The notes beneath the pieces were generated by a model, which was not told where the DNA came from, searched no databases, and worked only from the letters and a program-made list of their open reading frames with translations. This document shows, in pieces, positions 33,720 to 42,225 of a stretch of 64,000 nucleotides of DNA. Position 1 is the stretch's first letter; each line of letters opens with the position of its first letter. Origin of the DNA: a virus. Taxonomy: Duplodnaviria > Caudoviricetes. The stretch lies in IMG/VR virus record IMGVR_UViG_2606217775_000001, positions 5,964 through 69,963 of that record; one strand, given 5' to 3'. The position numbers and the translations under genes are program-made.

Positions 33720-33940
33720 ACTACAGCGCCCAGATTGCCGCGATGCAGGCCGCCCTCGCGCAGGGCGTGCTGACGGTTTCCTATGAAGGAAAATCGGCTT
33801 CGTACCGCTCCTTCCAGGAGATGATTCAGATCATCGCCTACCTGGAGCGGCAGCAGGCCCGGGCGAACGGTCAGCGCGTGCCGACTGTCGGTCTGGCGAG
33901 CTTCGATCGCGGCTACCATCGTCGCGGGTACGGCTGCTGA
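33710..33940 (+). CDS. Head-tail joining protein (gpW-like)
   Basis: ALAQGVLTVSYEGKSASYRS motif; between terminase and portal. Confidence 0.85.
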   Translation: MAVDYSAQIAAMQAALAQGVLTVSYEGKSASYRSFQEMIQIIAYLERQQARANGQRVPTVGLASFDRGYHRRGYGC

Positions 33941-35607
33941 TGGCCGGCGAGATAAAGGTCGAGGGCGCGGAGACCGCCGCCGCTCGCCCGCGCAAGCGCT
34001 CCTACGAGGCCGCGCAGCGCAGCCGGAACGGCGACGCGTGGCTCGGCCCAGTCCGGTCGGCAGACGCGGAGATCTACAACGAGGCCCGAACCCTGCGCGA
34101 CAAGTCGCGCTGGCTCGTGCGCAATAATCCGTTCGCCGCCAAGGCGACGGCGAGCCTCGTGTCGAACGTCGTTGGCGAGGGCATCGTGCCCCGGCCGGTG
34201 ACCGGTTCGCCTTCGAAGGACCGCAAGATCTGGGAGGCGTTCCAGCGCTGGTCGTTCCGCTGCGACCACGCCGGGCGGCTCGATTTCTACGGCCTCCAGG
34301 CGCTGATGTTCCGGGAAATGGTCGAGGGCGGCGACGCCCTGATCCGACGCCGGTACGTCAAGAAGCGCGGCAAGGGCGACGTGCCGCTGGAGCTGCAGCT
34401 GCTCGAGGCCGACTTCCTCGACCCGATGCGCAACGGCGTGCTGAACGAAGGCGCGCTAACCATCCAGGGTGTCGAGATCGACATGGCGAGCCAGAAGCGG
34501 CGCGCCTACTGGCTCTACCCGTACCACCCCGGCAACCTGCCGTACTTCTACGGCGGCGAGCCGATGGTGTCGGCGCCGGTGCCGGCCGACGAGGTCCTGC
34601 ACGTCTTCGAGATGCAACGGACCCAGACGCGCGGCGTCCCGTGGGGCACGCCGGCGATCGAGCCGACGAACCTGCAGGCGGACTACGAGCTCGCGGAGAT
34701 CGTCCGGAAGAAGACCGAGGCGTGCATCGTCGGCTTCGTGGTCGGTGCCGAGAACGCCGACGAGGACTCTGTCGGCATCAAGGTCCAGGATGCCGACGGC
34801 AACGAGGTCGAGCGCTTCGAGCCCGGCATGATCCCGCGTCTCCACGGCGCGAAGGACGTCCGGTTCAACGCGCCTTCGGCCGTGGGCGGCTACGGCGAGT
34901 ACAAGATCAAGAAGCTGCAGGAGATCGCGGCCGGCTGGCGCATGCCGGCCGAGCTGATCTCCAACGACCTGTCCGAGGTGAACTTCTCCTCGATGCGCGG
35001 CGGCCTGGTCGAGTTCCGGCGCCTCGTCGGCACGATCCAGTGGCAGATCCTGATCCAGATGGCGCTCCAGCCGATCTGGGAATGGTGGTGCGAGGCCGCC
35101 TACCTCGCGGGCGTGATCGACGCCCCGTACATCCCGGTCGAGTGGTCGCCCCCTGAGTTCGCCTGGGTCGACCCACTGGCCGATGCCCAGACCGCTGCGC
35201 TCGAAGTCCGCAACGGTTTCCGCACCTGGCAGGACGTCGTGGCCGAGAAGGGGCGCAACCCCGACGACGTGCTCGATGGCATCCGCGCCTTCAACGTGAA
35301 GGTCGACGACCTTGAGATCATCCTCGACTCGGACCCGCGGCGCACCAACGCCAAGGGCGTCCAGCAACCGGAGCAGGAGGAGGACGCCGGCGAGGAGCCC
35401 GAGCTCTCCCGCCCGAACCGGAGCGCCGCCCGCGGCCGAAGGGGTCGTGCAGCTCCCGCAGTTCGACCGCTTGGCGGCCGTGCGCGCGGAGAGCTTCGAC
35501 GCGGACAGCAACACCATCGAGATCGTCTGGACGACGGGCGCGAGCGTCCGGCGCTACGACTGGTGGGACGGGACCGAGTACGACGAAGTCCTCTCGGTCG
35601 AACCTAA
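33940..35607 (+). CDS. Portal protein (lambda family)
   Basis: LVRNNPFA, QLLEADFLD, QTRGVPW, DLSEVNFSSMRGGL and WVDP motifs. Confidence 0.95.
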   Translation: MAGEIKVEGAETAAARPRKRSYEAAQRSRNGDAWLGPVRSADAEIYNEARTLRDKSRWLVRNNPFAAKATASLVSNVVGEGIVPRPVTGSPSKDRKIWEAFQRWSFRCDHAGRLDFYGLQALMFREMVEGGDALIRRRYVKKRGKGDVPLELQLLEADFLDPMRNGVLNEGALTIQGVEIDMASQKRRAYWLYPYHPGNLPYFYGGEPMVSAPVPADEVLHVFEMQRTQTRGVPWGTPAIEPTNLQADYELAEIVRKKTEACIVGFVVGAENADEDSVGIKVQDADGNEVERFEPGMIPRLHGAKDVRFNAPSAVGGYGEYKIKKLQEIAAGWRMPAELISNDLSEVNFSSMRGGLVEFRRLVGTIQWQILIQMALQPIWEWWCEAAYLAGVIDAPYIPVEWSPPEFAWVDPLADAQTAALEVRNGFRTWQDVVAEKGRNPDDVLDGIRAFNVKVDDLEIILDSDPRRTNAKGVQQPEQEEDAGEEPELSRPNRSAARGRRGRAAPAVRPLGGRARGELRRGQQHHRDRLDDGRERPALRLVGRDRVRRSPLGRT

Positions 35608-36715
35608 GGCAATCCGCCTGGAGCGCCTGAACCTCGGCGCTCCCTTCCTCGACAGCCACTGCTCCTACGGCTGCGACAACGTCATCGGCGCGGTCGTGCC
35701 CGGCTCGGCCAAGATCGAGGACGGCCGCGGGCTCGCCCGCATCCAGCTCTCGAAGGCGCCCGGCGTCGCCGACACGGTCCAGAAGATCCGCGAAGGCGTC
35801 ATCCGCAACGTCAGCGTCGGCTACTGGGTCCACAAGGTCGAGAAGACCGAGGCCGACGACGGCACGGTTGCCCGCTGGGACGTGGTCGATTGGGAGCCGC
35901 TGGAGATCTCCGCGGTCCCGATCCCGGCCGACGCGGCCTCTCAGATCCGTTCCGACCAGGCCGAAGGCGACGGCCCGAAGCTCCGCGCCTGTCTGGTCGT
36001 CACCCGCACCCCGGCCTCCGGGCCGTCCCCGAAGGCCCGAGGAGAAAGCCCCATGGCCACCAAGCCCGTCAAGCCGAAGTCCCAGCGCGCCAAGTCCCCG
36101 GCCGAGCTCGAAGCTGAGAAGAAGCGCCTCGCCGAGGCCCGCCGCCGCGCCGCTGAGCAGCGCGCCGCGCGCGACGACGAGTCCGAGACCGACGAGGACG
36201 CGGAAGGCGACGCCGAGCGCGACGAGGACCAGGACGAGGAGCGCGATGGCGACGACGCCGAGGACGGTGACGCCGGTTCGGACGACGAGCGTGACGGTGA
36301 TGACCATGCCGAGGACGATGAGGATCGTGACGGCGACGACGAGGACGATGGAGAGGGCGAGCGCGCCGCCCCGAAGCCGGCCAAGCGCAAGGCCCTGACC
36401 CCGGCGGAGGTCCGCAGGGCCGCCGAGGCCGCGGTGCGCGCCGATCGCGTTCGCGGCGCCAAGATCCGTGAGATCGCCAAGCAGTTCGGCTTCCCGAACC
36501 TCGGTGAGCGCCACGCCAACGGCGAGACCTCGGTCCGGGCGTTCAAGGATCTCGTCCTCGAGCGCCTCGCCGCCCGCCAGGCCAAGCGCAGCTCCACCAC
36601 CTTCGCGGCGGCGTCCACCGCGGGCGTCGGCGAGGAGTACCGCGGCGCGACCCCGCCGGCCCGCGACGTCGAGAAGGGTGCCGCCGAGGCGCGCGCCCTG
36701 CTCGGCAAGAAGTAA
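35447..36715 (+). CDS. Prohead protease (HK97-type) fused to an acidic scaffold domain
   Basis: PFLDSH, IRNVSVGY and WEPLEISAVPIPAD motifs; GTG with GAAGGGG RBS; long D/E-rich tract. Confidence 0.85.
   Translation: MQLPQFDRLAAVRAESFDADSNTIEIVWTTGASVRRYDWWDGTEYDEVLSVEPKAIRLERLNLGAPFLDSHCSYGCDNVIGAVVPGSAKIEDGRGLARIQLSKAPGVADTVQKIREGVIRNVSVGYWVHKVEKTEADDGTVARWDVVDWEPLEISAVPIPADAASQIRSDQAEGDGPKLRACLVVTRTPASGPSPKARGESPMATKPVKPKSQRAKSPAELEAEKKRLAEARRRAAEQRAARDDESETDEDAEGDAERDEDQDEERDGDDAEDGDAGSDDERDGDDHAEDDEDRDGDDEDDGEGERAAPKPAKRKALTPAEVRRAAEAAVRADRVRGAKIREIAKQFGFPNLGERHANGETSVRAFKDLVLERLAARQAKRSSTTFAAASTAGVGEEYRGATPPARDVEKGAAEARALLGKK
36053..36715 (+). CDS. Putative nested scaffolding protein (internal in-frame start)
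   Basis: GAGGAG RBS 8 nt upstream of an in-frame ATG, right after the protease domain. Confidence 0.55.
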   Translation: MATKPVKPKSQRAKSPAELEAEKKRLAEARRRAAEQRAARDDESETDEDAEGDAERDEDQDEERDGDDAEDGDAGSDDERDGDDHAEDDEDRDGDDEDDGEGERAAPKPAKRKALTPAEVRRAAEAAVRADRVRGAKIREIAKQFGFPNLGERHANGETSVRAFKDLVLERLAARQAKRSSTTFAAASTAGVGEEYRGATPPARDVEKGAAEARALLGKK

Positions 36716-36751
36716 CCGGCGCCGCAGCGCACAGTTAAGGATACCCTCACG

Positions 36752-37144
36752 ATGGGCACCAACAACGTCGTCGCGTCCTACGACCCGACCGCGCTCTTCG
36801 CGGGCGCCTTCCCGGTCCGCCAGCGCGTGGTCACGCTGGCCTCCGGCGCCAACCTCGCCGGCGCGCCGCTGAAGCGCGGAGCGCTCCTCGGACGCGTCAC
36901 CGCGAGCGACAAGTACATCCTGTCCGTCGCCACCGCGTCGGACGGCTCGCAGGTTCCGGCCGCAATCCTCGCCGCCGACACCGATGCGAGCGCGGCCGAC
37001 GTGAAGACGCCGGCCTACTTCGAGGGCGAGTTCGCGGGCGAGATCATGCAGATCGACGCCTCCTGGAGCATCGCCACCGTGCAGGCCGCTCTGCGTCAGG
37101 CCAACTCGCACCTGTACGTGCGTTCGGTCGGCACCCTCGGCTGA
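36752..37144 (+). CDS. Head decoration protein (gpD-like)
   Basis: LKRGALLG...AAILAAD...AYFEGEF motif; directly upstream of the capsid gene. Confidence 0.85.
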   Translation: MGTNNVVASYDPTALFAGAFPVRQRVVTLASGANLAGAPLKRGALLGRVTASDKYILSVATASDGSQVPAAILAADTDASAADVKTPAYFEGEFAGEIMQIDASWSIATVQAALRQANSHLYVRSVGTLG

Positions 37145-37172
37145 TCCGCTTCCACCCATCCCGGTAGATCGC

Positions 37173-37200
37173 AGGGCCCCGTCGCGGGCCCTTTTCTTTT
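37173..37200 (+). terminator. Intrinsic terminator-like hairpin
   Basis: AGGGCCC / GGGCCCT stem followed by TTTCTTTT. Confidence 0.65.
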
Positions 37201-37213
37201 GGAGCCCGCGATC

Positions 37214-38254
37214 ATGGCGATCGACTACAATTCCACCGCACAGCTGCTCGGCGCCTTCGGCGTCCTCGATAAGGCCAAGCCCGTCCTCCTGAACCTGTTC
37301 TTCCCCATGGAGCAGGTGTTCGACACCGAGGAGGTCTACTTCGACCGCGTGCAGCGCGCCCGGAAGCTGGCGCCCTTCGTGGTGCCGACCGTCGAGGGCA
37401 AGCCGCAGCGCTCGCGCGGCTACACCACGATGGGCTTCCGGCCTCCATACGTGAAGCCGATGCACAGCATCGAGCCGCAGAAGATGCTGAAGCGCCGGGT
37501 CGGCGAGCAGCTGCTCGGCACCATGACCCCGATGCAGCGCTTCAACCTCGCGCTGTTCGACAACATGGTCCTGGAGGACGACCAGATCACCCGCCGTGAG
37601 GAGTGGATGGCCTCGCAGCTGCTGCTGACGGGCGCCATGACCTGCCAGGGCGACGATCACCCGCCGGTGCTGGTCGATCTGAACCGGAACCCGAACCACA
37701 CCGTCGCGCTCACCGGCGCCCTGCGCTGGGGCCAGACCGGCGTCGATCCGTACCAGAACGTCCGGACCTGGGCGAAGACGGTGCAGCGCAACTCGGGCTT
37801 CCACCCGGGGACCATCGTGTTCGATCCGCTGGCCGCCGACGCGTTCCTGCAGTCGCCCGGCGTTACCCGTGTGATGAACACCTACCGGCAGACCTCCGGC
37901 AACGTCGATCTGGCCGGCAAGGTCACCGGCGGCGGTCTCGGCGAGGAGGTGAAGTACCTCGGCAACATCGGCGAATTCGACGTCTTCCAGTACCAGCAGC
38001 TGTACATGGACGACAACGGCGTCGTGCAGCAGTTCATGCCCGACAACTCGGTCATCATGGGCAACCCGGTCGGCTGCCAGGGCATCCGCACCTACGGCGC
38101 CGTGCAGGACGCTGATGCCGGCCTCGCGCCGCTGGCGCGCTTCCCGAAGGTCTGGAAGGAGAACAACCCCTCCGCATGGTTCTCCATGATGCAGTCGGCC
38201 CCCCTGCCGCTGCTCGGCTGGGTCGACGCGACCTTCTCCGCGATCGTCGCCTGA
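37214..38254 (+). CDS. Major capsid protein (lambda gpE family)
   Basis: LFFP...TEEVYFD...LAPFVVP...FRPPYVKP...RREEWMASQ...QSAPLP motifs. Confidence 0.95.
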   Translation: MAIDYNSTAQLLGAFGVLDKAKPVLLNLFFPMEQVFDTEEVYFDRVQRARKLAPFVVPTVEGKPQRSRGYTTMGFRPPYVKPMHSIEPQKMLKRRVGEQLLGTMTPMQRFNLALFDNMVLEDDQITRREEWMASQLLLTGAMTCQGDDHPPVLVDLNRNPNHTVALTGALRWGQTGVDPYQNVRTWAKTVQRNSGFHPGTIVFDPLAADAFLQSPGVTRVMNTYRQTSGNVDLAGKVTGGGLGEEVKYLGNIGEFDVFQYQQLYMDDNGVVQQFMPDNSVIMGNPVGCQGIRTYGAVQDADAGLAPLARFPKVWKENNPSAWFSMMQSAPLPLLGWVDATFSAIVA

Positions 38255-38328
38255 CGCCTTCGCGCCGCTGATCCCGCGGCGCCCGCGTGGCGCCGCTTCC
38301 GCCAATCCTAGAATGCGAGGGCCCGACC

Positions 38329-38580
38329 ATGGCCACCAAGAAGATCGTCGCCGGCGCGACGCTGCATGTCCCCCACAAGGACTTCAAGCCGTACGACTTC
38401 GACACGATGGGGAACCGCTCCGGCGGGAACTACAAGATCGTCGAGTTCGCCCCGGGTGACGTCCTCGACCTCGATGCCGACGAGGCCGACGCGCTGATCG
38501 CGCTCGGTCGCGCCACCCTCTTCGAGGAGAAGAAGGCCCCCGAGGTCCAGGCGCTCGCCGGCGACGGCAAGGCCAAGTAA
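38329..38580 (+). CDS. Small head protein (gpFI position)
   Basis: PGDVLDLDADEADALIALGRA motif; follows the capsid gene. Confidence 0.6.
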   Translation: MATKKIVAGATLHVPHKDFKPYDFDTMGNRSGGNYKIVEFAPGDVLDLDADEADALIALGRATLFEEKKAPEVQALAGDGKAK

Positions 38581-38586
38581 GCGGCC

Positions 38587-38940
38587 GTGATCGACTTCGC
38601 CGCCCTGGCGCTCGGGCCCGGCATCACCGCGTTCGGGCGCCCGGTCACGGTGACGCCGACCTCGGGCAAGACGCCGATCGCGCCCTTCGCCGCCACCGGC
38701 GTGTGGACCTCGCGCAACGTCGACCTCTCACTGGAGGGCGACAAGAGCATGAACACCCGGGTGCTCACCCTCGGGATCGCGCTCTCGGCTTGGCCGGCGC
38801 CACCGAAACAGGGTTGGGCCGTCAGCATCCCGGCCTCGGGTTTCTACCCCGACGAGGGCACGCTCTGGATCGACGACGTCGATCTCGATGGCCAAGGCGG
38901 GGCGACGCTCACCCTCAAGAAGAAACCCCCGGGGGCGTGA
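38587..38940 (+). CDS. Head-tail joining protein (gpFII-like)
   Basis: Position and beta-rich size (117 aa). Confidence 0.65.
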   Translation: MIDFAALALGPGITAFGRPVTVTPTSGKTPIAPFAATGVWTSRNVDLSLEGDKSMNTRVLTLGIALSAWPAPPKQGWAVSIPASGFYPDEGTLWIDDVDLDGQGGATLTLKKKPPGA

Positions 38941-39530
38941 TGGCATCGGACGCCACGAAGATCCGCGAGGCGATCATCGCGCGCCTCACGGGCCAGGACT
39001 GGCTGCCGGTCACCGGCTTTCGCCGTGTGGCGCGTCCGCAGCTCCAGGAAGACGAGATCCCCGCCCTCCTGGTGGTGATCGCGGACGAGATGGAAACGCC
39101 CGAGGACGAGGCGAACTGCGGCGAGCCGCGGTTCATGGACGAGGTGACGATCGGGATCTCGTACTGCGTGGGCTACGCTCCGCCCGAAGAACTCGACGAA
39201 CAGCTCGACGCGGCGACCGACGGCATCCGCAAGCGGTTGCTGCAGGACCCGACCTTCGTGCGCGGCGTCGACTGGTCGAAGGCGGAGGACGATCCCGACC
39301 GCTATCCGCTGTTCGAGGCGGTGACGAAGGTCCGGCGCGGCCGCCTCTATCCGCAGGACGGGGCCTCGTACTTCGGCGAGGGCCGGATCGAGATGACCTT
39401 CCAGTTCCGCACGAACTACGAGCCGGACCTCGACGACGTCCTCGAGCACGTCGTCATCACCGCCCGCCCGGCCGGTGCCGGCCCGGGCACGCCCCCGATC
39501 GGGCTCAAGATCGACATCCCCACGACCTGA
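38940..39530 (+). CDS. Tail completion/terminator protein
   Basis: KIREAIIARL N-terminus; located before the sheath gene. Confidence 0.6.
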   Translation: MASDATKIREAIIARLTGQDWLPVTGFRRVARPQLQEDEIPALLVVIADEMETPEDEANCGEPRFMDEVTIGISYCVGYAPPEELDEQLDAATDGIRKRLLQDPTFVRGVDWSKAEDDPDRYPLFEAVTKVRRGRLYPQDGASYFGEGRIEMTFQFRTNYEPDLDDVLEHVVITARPAGAGPGTPPIGLKIDIPTT

Positions 39531-39567
39531 GCCGGCCCGCGCCGCTCCCTTCCCCGAGGACACAGCC

Positions 39568-39798
39568 ATGGCCGGTGAAACCACGGTCGCCGTCGAGGCG
39601 ACCGAGGCGCGCTTCCGCGTGCTCAAGCACTTCCCGTCGCAGATCGGCTTCGAGGCGGATGGCACCGCCCGCTGGCCGGCCGACCAGTTCACCTTCCGGC
39701 TCCGGGACGAGGGCGCGATCCGCCTCCTCGAGGACCTGCACGACGCCGGCACCCCCGCAACCGCCGGCGCCGCCGCGCCTGCCGCCTCGCAGGAGTAA
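39568..39798 (+). CDS. Small pre-sheath protein (Mu gp38/DUF2635-like)
   Basis: WPADQFTFRLRDEGAI motif; immediately upstream of the sheath gene. Confidence 0.6.
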   Translation: MAGETTVAVEATEARFRVLKHFPSQIGFEADGTARWPADQFTFRLRDEGAIRLLEDLHDAGTPATAGAAAPAASQE

Positions 39799-39804
39799 GC
39801 CGCG

Positions 39805-41328
39805 ATGGGCATCACCACGATCCCGGACAACTACAAGATCCCGGGCCCGAACACGCAGTTCGACCCCTCGCAGGCCGGGACGCCGGTCGCGCCGAAGTGG
39901 ATGCTGCTCGTCGGCCACCCGACCGCGGCCGCCAACGTGCCGCCGAACAAGGCCGTGGCCTGCGGGACCAACGCCGACGCCGACATCGCCTTCGGCCCGG
40001 GCTCGATGCTCGCGCGCATGTTCAAGACGGCCTTCAAGGGCGTCACCAGCGTGCCGATCATCTGCCTGCCGGTGCCGGAGCCGGCCGCCGGCGTCGCCGC
40101 CACCGGCACGATCACGGTGGCTGCCGCCCCCACGGTCGCGGGCACGCTCGCGCTGTACGTCGCCGGCCAGCTCGTCCCGGTGGCGATCGTCTCGGCCGAC
40201 ACGACCGCGACCGTGGCCACCAAGATCGCCGCCGCGATCCAGGCCACCACGGACCTGCCGGTCACCGCGACCGCGGCCGGCGCCGTCGTCACCCTGACCT
40301 GCAAGTGGAAGGGGCTGACCGGCAACAGCGTGACCGTGCTCGACAGCTATCTCGGCACCTACGGGGGCGAGCAGCTGCCGGTCGGCCTGGCGCTGACCTA
40401 TCCGACCGGCAACCTGCTCGCCGGCGGGACCGGCACGCCGGACTTCACCAGCGCGATCGCGGCGATCGGCGACCGGCCGTACAAGTTCGTCGGCCTGCCG
40501 TTCCACGACAGCGGCTCCTTCGCGGTGTGGGACCAGGAGTACGGCTTCACCGACTCCGGACGCTGGGGCCCGTACCGGCAGAGCTACGGCCAGATCTTCT
40601 CGGCGCGCCGCGGCACCTATGCCGACACCTTCCTGTGGGGGCAGTCGAACAACTCCGCGCTGATCTCGCCCATGGGCTTCGAGACCCAAAGCCCGAGCCC
40701 GGGCTGGGAGTGGACGGCGGCCTACACCGCCGCGGCCGCGTTCTCGATCAACGCCTACCCGGCTCAGCCGCTCCAGACCCTGCCGCTGATCGGCGTGCTG
40801 CCGGCGCCGGCGGACTACCGCTGGAACAAGGCGCAGCTGAATTCGCTCGCCCAGGTCGGCATCGCCATCCAGGGCACGGACATCTACGGCGGGTCGACCA
40901 ACCAGCCGGTGATCCTGCGGGAGCAGACGGCCTACCAGAAGAACGCCTACGGGCAGGCCGACAACGCCTACGAGCTGGTGACGACGCTGGCCACCCTCGA
41001 CGAGCGCTATACCCGGGTGCGGCAGTCGCTGACGAACAAGTTCCCGCGCCACGCGCTCGCCAACGACGGGACCAAGTTCGGCACCGGCAAGCCGATCGTC
41101 ACCCCGCTGATGATAAAGGGGCAGATGGTCTCGGACTACCGGGCGATGGAGCTCGACGGCCTGGTCGAGAACGCCGACCTCTACATCGCGAACCTGTCGG
41201 TCACGCGATCGGCCACCGAGCAGAACACGGTCGAGATCCTGGATCCGCCGGACGTCGTGAACCAGCTGCGGCGGCTCAACATCAAGGCGCAGTTCCGCCT
41301 GCAATTCCCGCTGGCCGCCGCGGCCTGA
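39805..41328 (+). CDS. Tail sheath protein (Mu gpL-like)
   Basis: FGPGSMLARM, ATGTITV, LYVAG and LTCKWKGLTGN...KFPRHALA motifs. Confidence 0.95.
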   Translation: MGITTIPDNYKIPGPNTQFDPSQAGTPVAPKWMLLVGHPTAAANVPPNKAVACGTNADADIAFGPGSMLARMFKTAFKGVTSVPIICLPVPEPAAGVAATGTITVAAAPTVAGTLALYVAGQLVPVAIVSADTTATVATKIAAAIQATTDLPVTATAAGAVVTLTCKWKGLTGNSVTVLDSYLGTYGGEQLPVGLALTYPTGNLLAGGTGTPDFTSAIAAIGDRPYKFVGLPFHDSGSFAVWDQEYGFTDSGRWGPYRQSYGQIFSARRGTYADTFLWGQSNNSALISPMGFETQSPSPGWEWTAAYTAAAAFSINAYPAQPLQTLPLIGVLPAPADYRWNKAQLNSLAQVGIAIQGTDIYGGSTNQPVILREQTAYQKNAYGQADNAYELVTTLATLDERYTRVRQSLTNKFPRHALANDGTKFGTGKPIVTPLMIKGQMVSDYRAMELDGLVENADLYIANLSVTRSATEQNTVEILDPPDVVNQLRRLNIKAQFRLQFPLAAAA

Positions 41329-41356
41329 TCGGCCCTCCACCCATCCCAGCAACCTG

Positions 41357-41384
41357 ACCCGCCCTTCGTGGCGGGTTTTTCTTT
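41357..41384 (+). terminator. Intrinsic terminator-like hairpin
   Basis: ACCCGCC / GGCGGGT stem followed by TTTTCTTT. Confidence 0.7.
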
Positions 41385-41396
41385 GGAGGCCCGACC

Positions 41397-41756
41397 ATGG
41401 GTCAGAGGTTCGCCGGTACCGCCTACCTGACGGCGGCCGGCAAGATGTACGATCTGCGCGGCGGCCTGATCGTCTCGCCCTCGCGGATCAAGCGCGAGCC
41501 CGTGGCCGGGCAGGACGGCGTGCACGGCTTCATCGAGACGCAGCTCGTGCCCTTCATCAAGGCCGACCTGTCGACGACCGATGGTCTGTCCGTCGCCGAG
41601 CTCGACGCGATGACGGACATCACGGTCACCGTCCAGCTCGCCAACGGCAAGAACTACATCCTGTCCGGCGCATGGTCGGCCGGCGCGCACGAGATCGGCA
41701 CTGCCGACGGTAAGGTCGCCGTCGAGTGGCGCGGCCTCTCCTGCGACGAGCTGTGA
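41397..41756 (+). CDS. Tail tube protein (Mu gpM-like)
   Basis: RFAGTAYL...REPVAGQDGVHGF...TVQLANGKNYIL motif. Confidence 0.9.
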   Translation: MGQRFAGTAYLTAAGKMYDLRGGLIVSPSRIKREPVAGQDGVHGFIETQLVPFIKADLSTTDGLSVAELDAMTDITVTVQLANGKNYILSGAWSAGAHEIGTADGKVAVEWRGLSCDEL

Positions 41757-41764
41757 GCGCCGCG

Positions 41765-42094
41765 ATGACGGACACCACGACCCCCGCTCGCGACCCGCGC
41801 GAGATCAGCTGGCCGCTGGAGCATCCGCTCGCCAAGCCCATCGTCGTCGGCCAGGATACGCTGCAGGTGCTGATCCTGCGCGAGCCCACCGGCGAGGAGG
41901 TCCTCAAGTTCGGCCTCCTGGAAGGGCTGTCGGCCGACCAGTTCTTCCCGCTGGTCGCCAGCCTCTCGGCGACGCCGCCCCCGGTGCTGATGAAGATCGG
42001 CGCCCGTGACATCCTGCAGCTGGGGACCATCCTCAGCCGTTTTTTCGTGTGGGCGGCCCAGCCGCCGATGCCGTCGACGACTGCCTCCGCCTAG
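41765..42094 (+). CDS. Tail assembly chaperone
   Basis: LEHPL...LILREPT...ARD motif; between tube and tape measure; carries a slippery site. Confidence 0.85.
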   Translation: MTDTTTPARDPREISWPLEHPLAKPIVVGQDTLQVLILREPTGEEVLKFGLLEGLSADQFFPLVASLSATPPPVLMKIGARDILQLGTILSRFFVWAAQPPMPSTTASA

Positions 42095-42225
42095 GCCTCG
42101 CGTTCCACGCGTGGCCGTTCCGCGATCCGCCGGCCGCGATGCCGGCGGCGACCGTGACCCACCTGATGGCCCGCACTCTGGCGCTGATGCCGCGCCCCGC
42201 TCCACGCGAGGACGAGGATGGCTGA
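42040..42225 (+). CDS. -1 frameshift extension of the tail assembly chaperone (GT-like)
   Basis: T TTT TTC at 42040-42046 in X XXY YYZ phase; the -1 frame is open to TGA at 42223-42225 and encodes ...LGLAFHAWP...M..TV..LM, similar to P2 GpE'-type tails. Confidence 0.75.
   Translation, partial: FFRVGGPAADAVDDCLRLGLAFHAWPFRDPPAAMPAATVTHLMARTLALMPRPAPREDEDG

Noticed and set aside
36170-36365. Low-complexity GAC/GAG-rich DNA as a tandem repeat element
   Set aside because: Explained by the acidic scaffold coding sequence.
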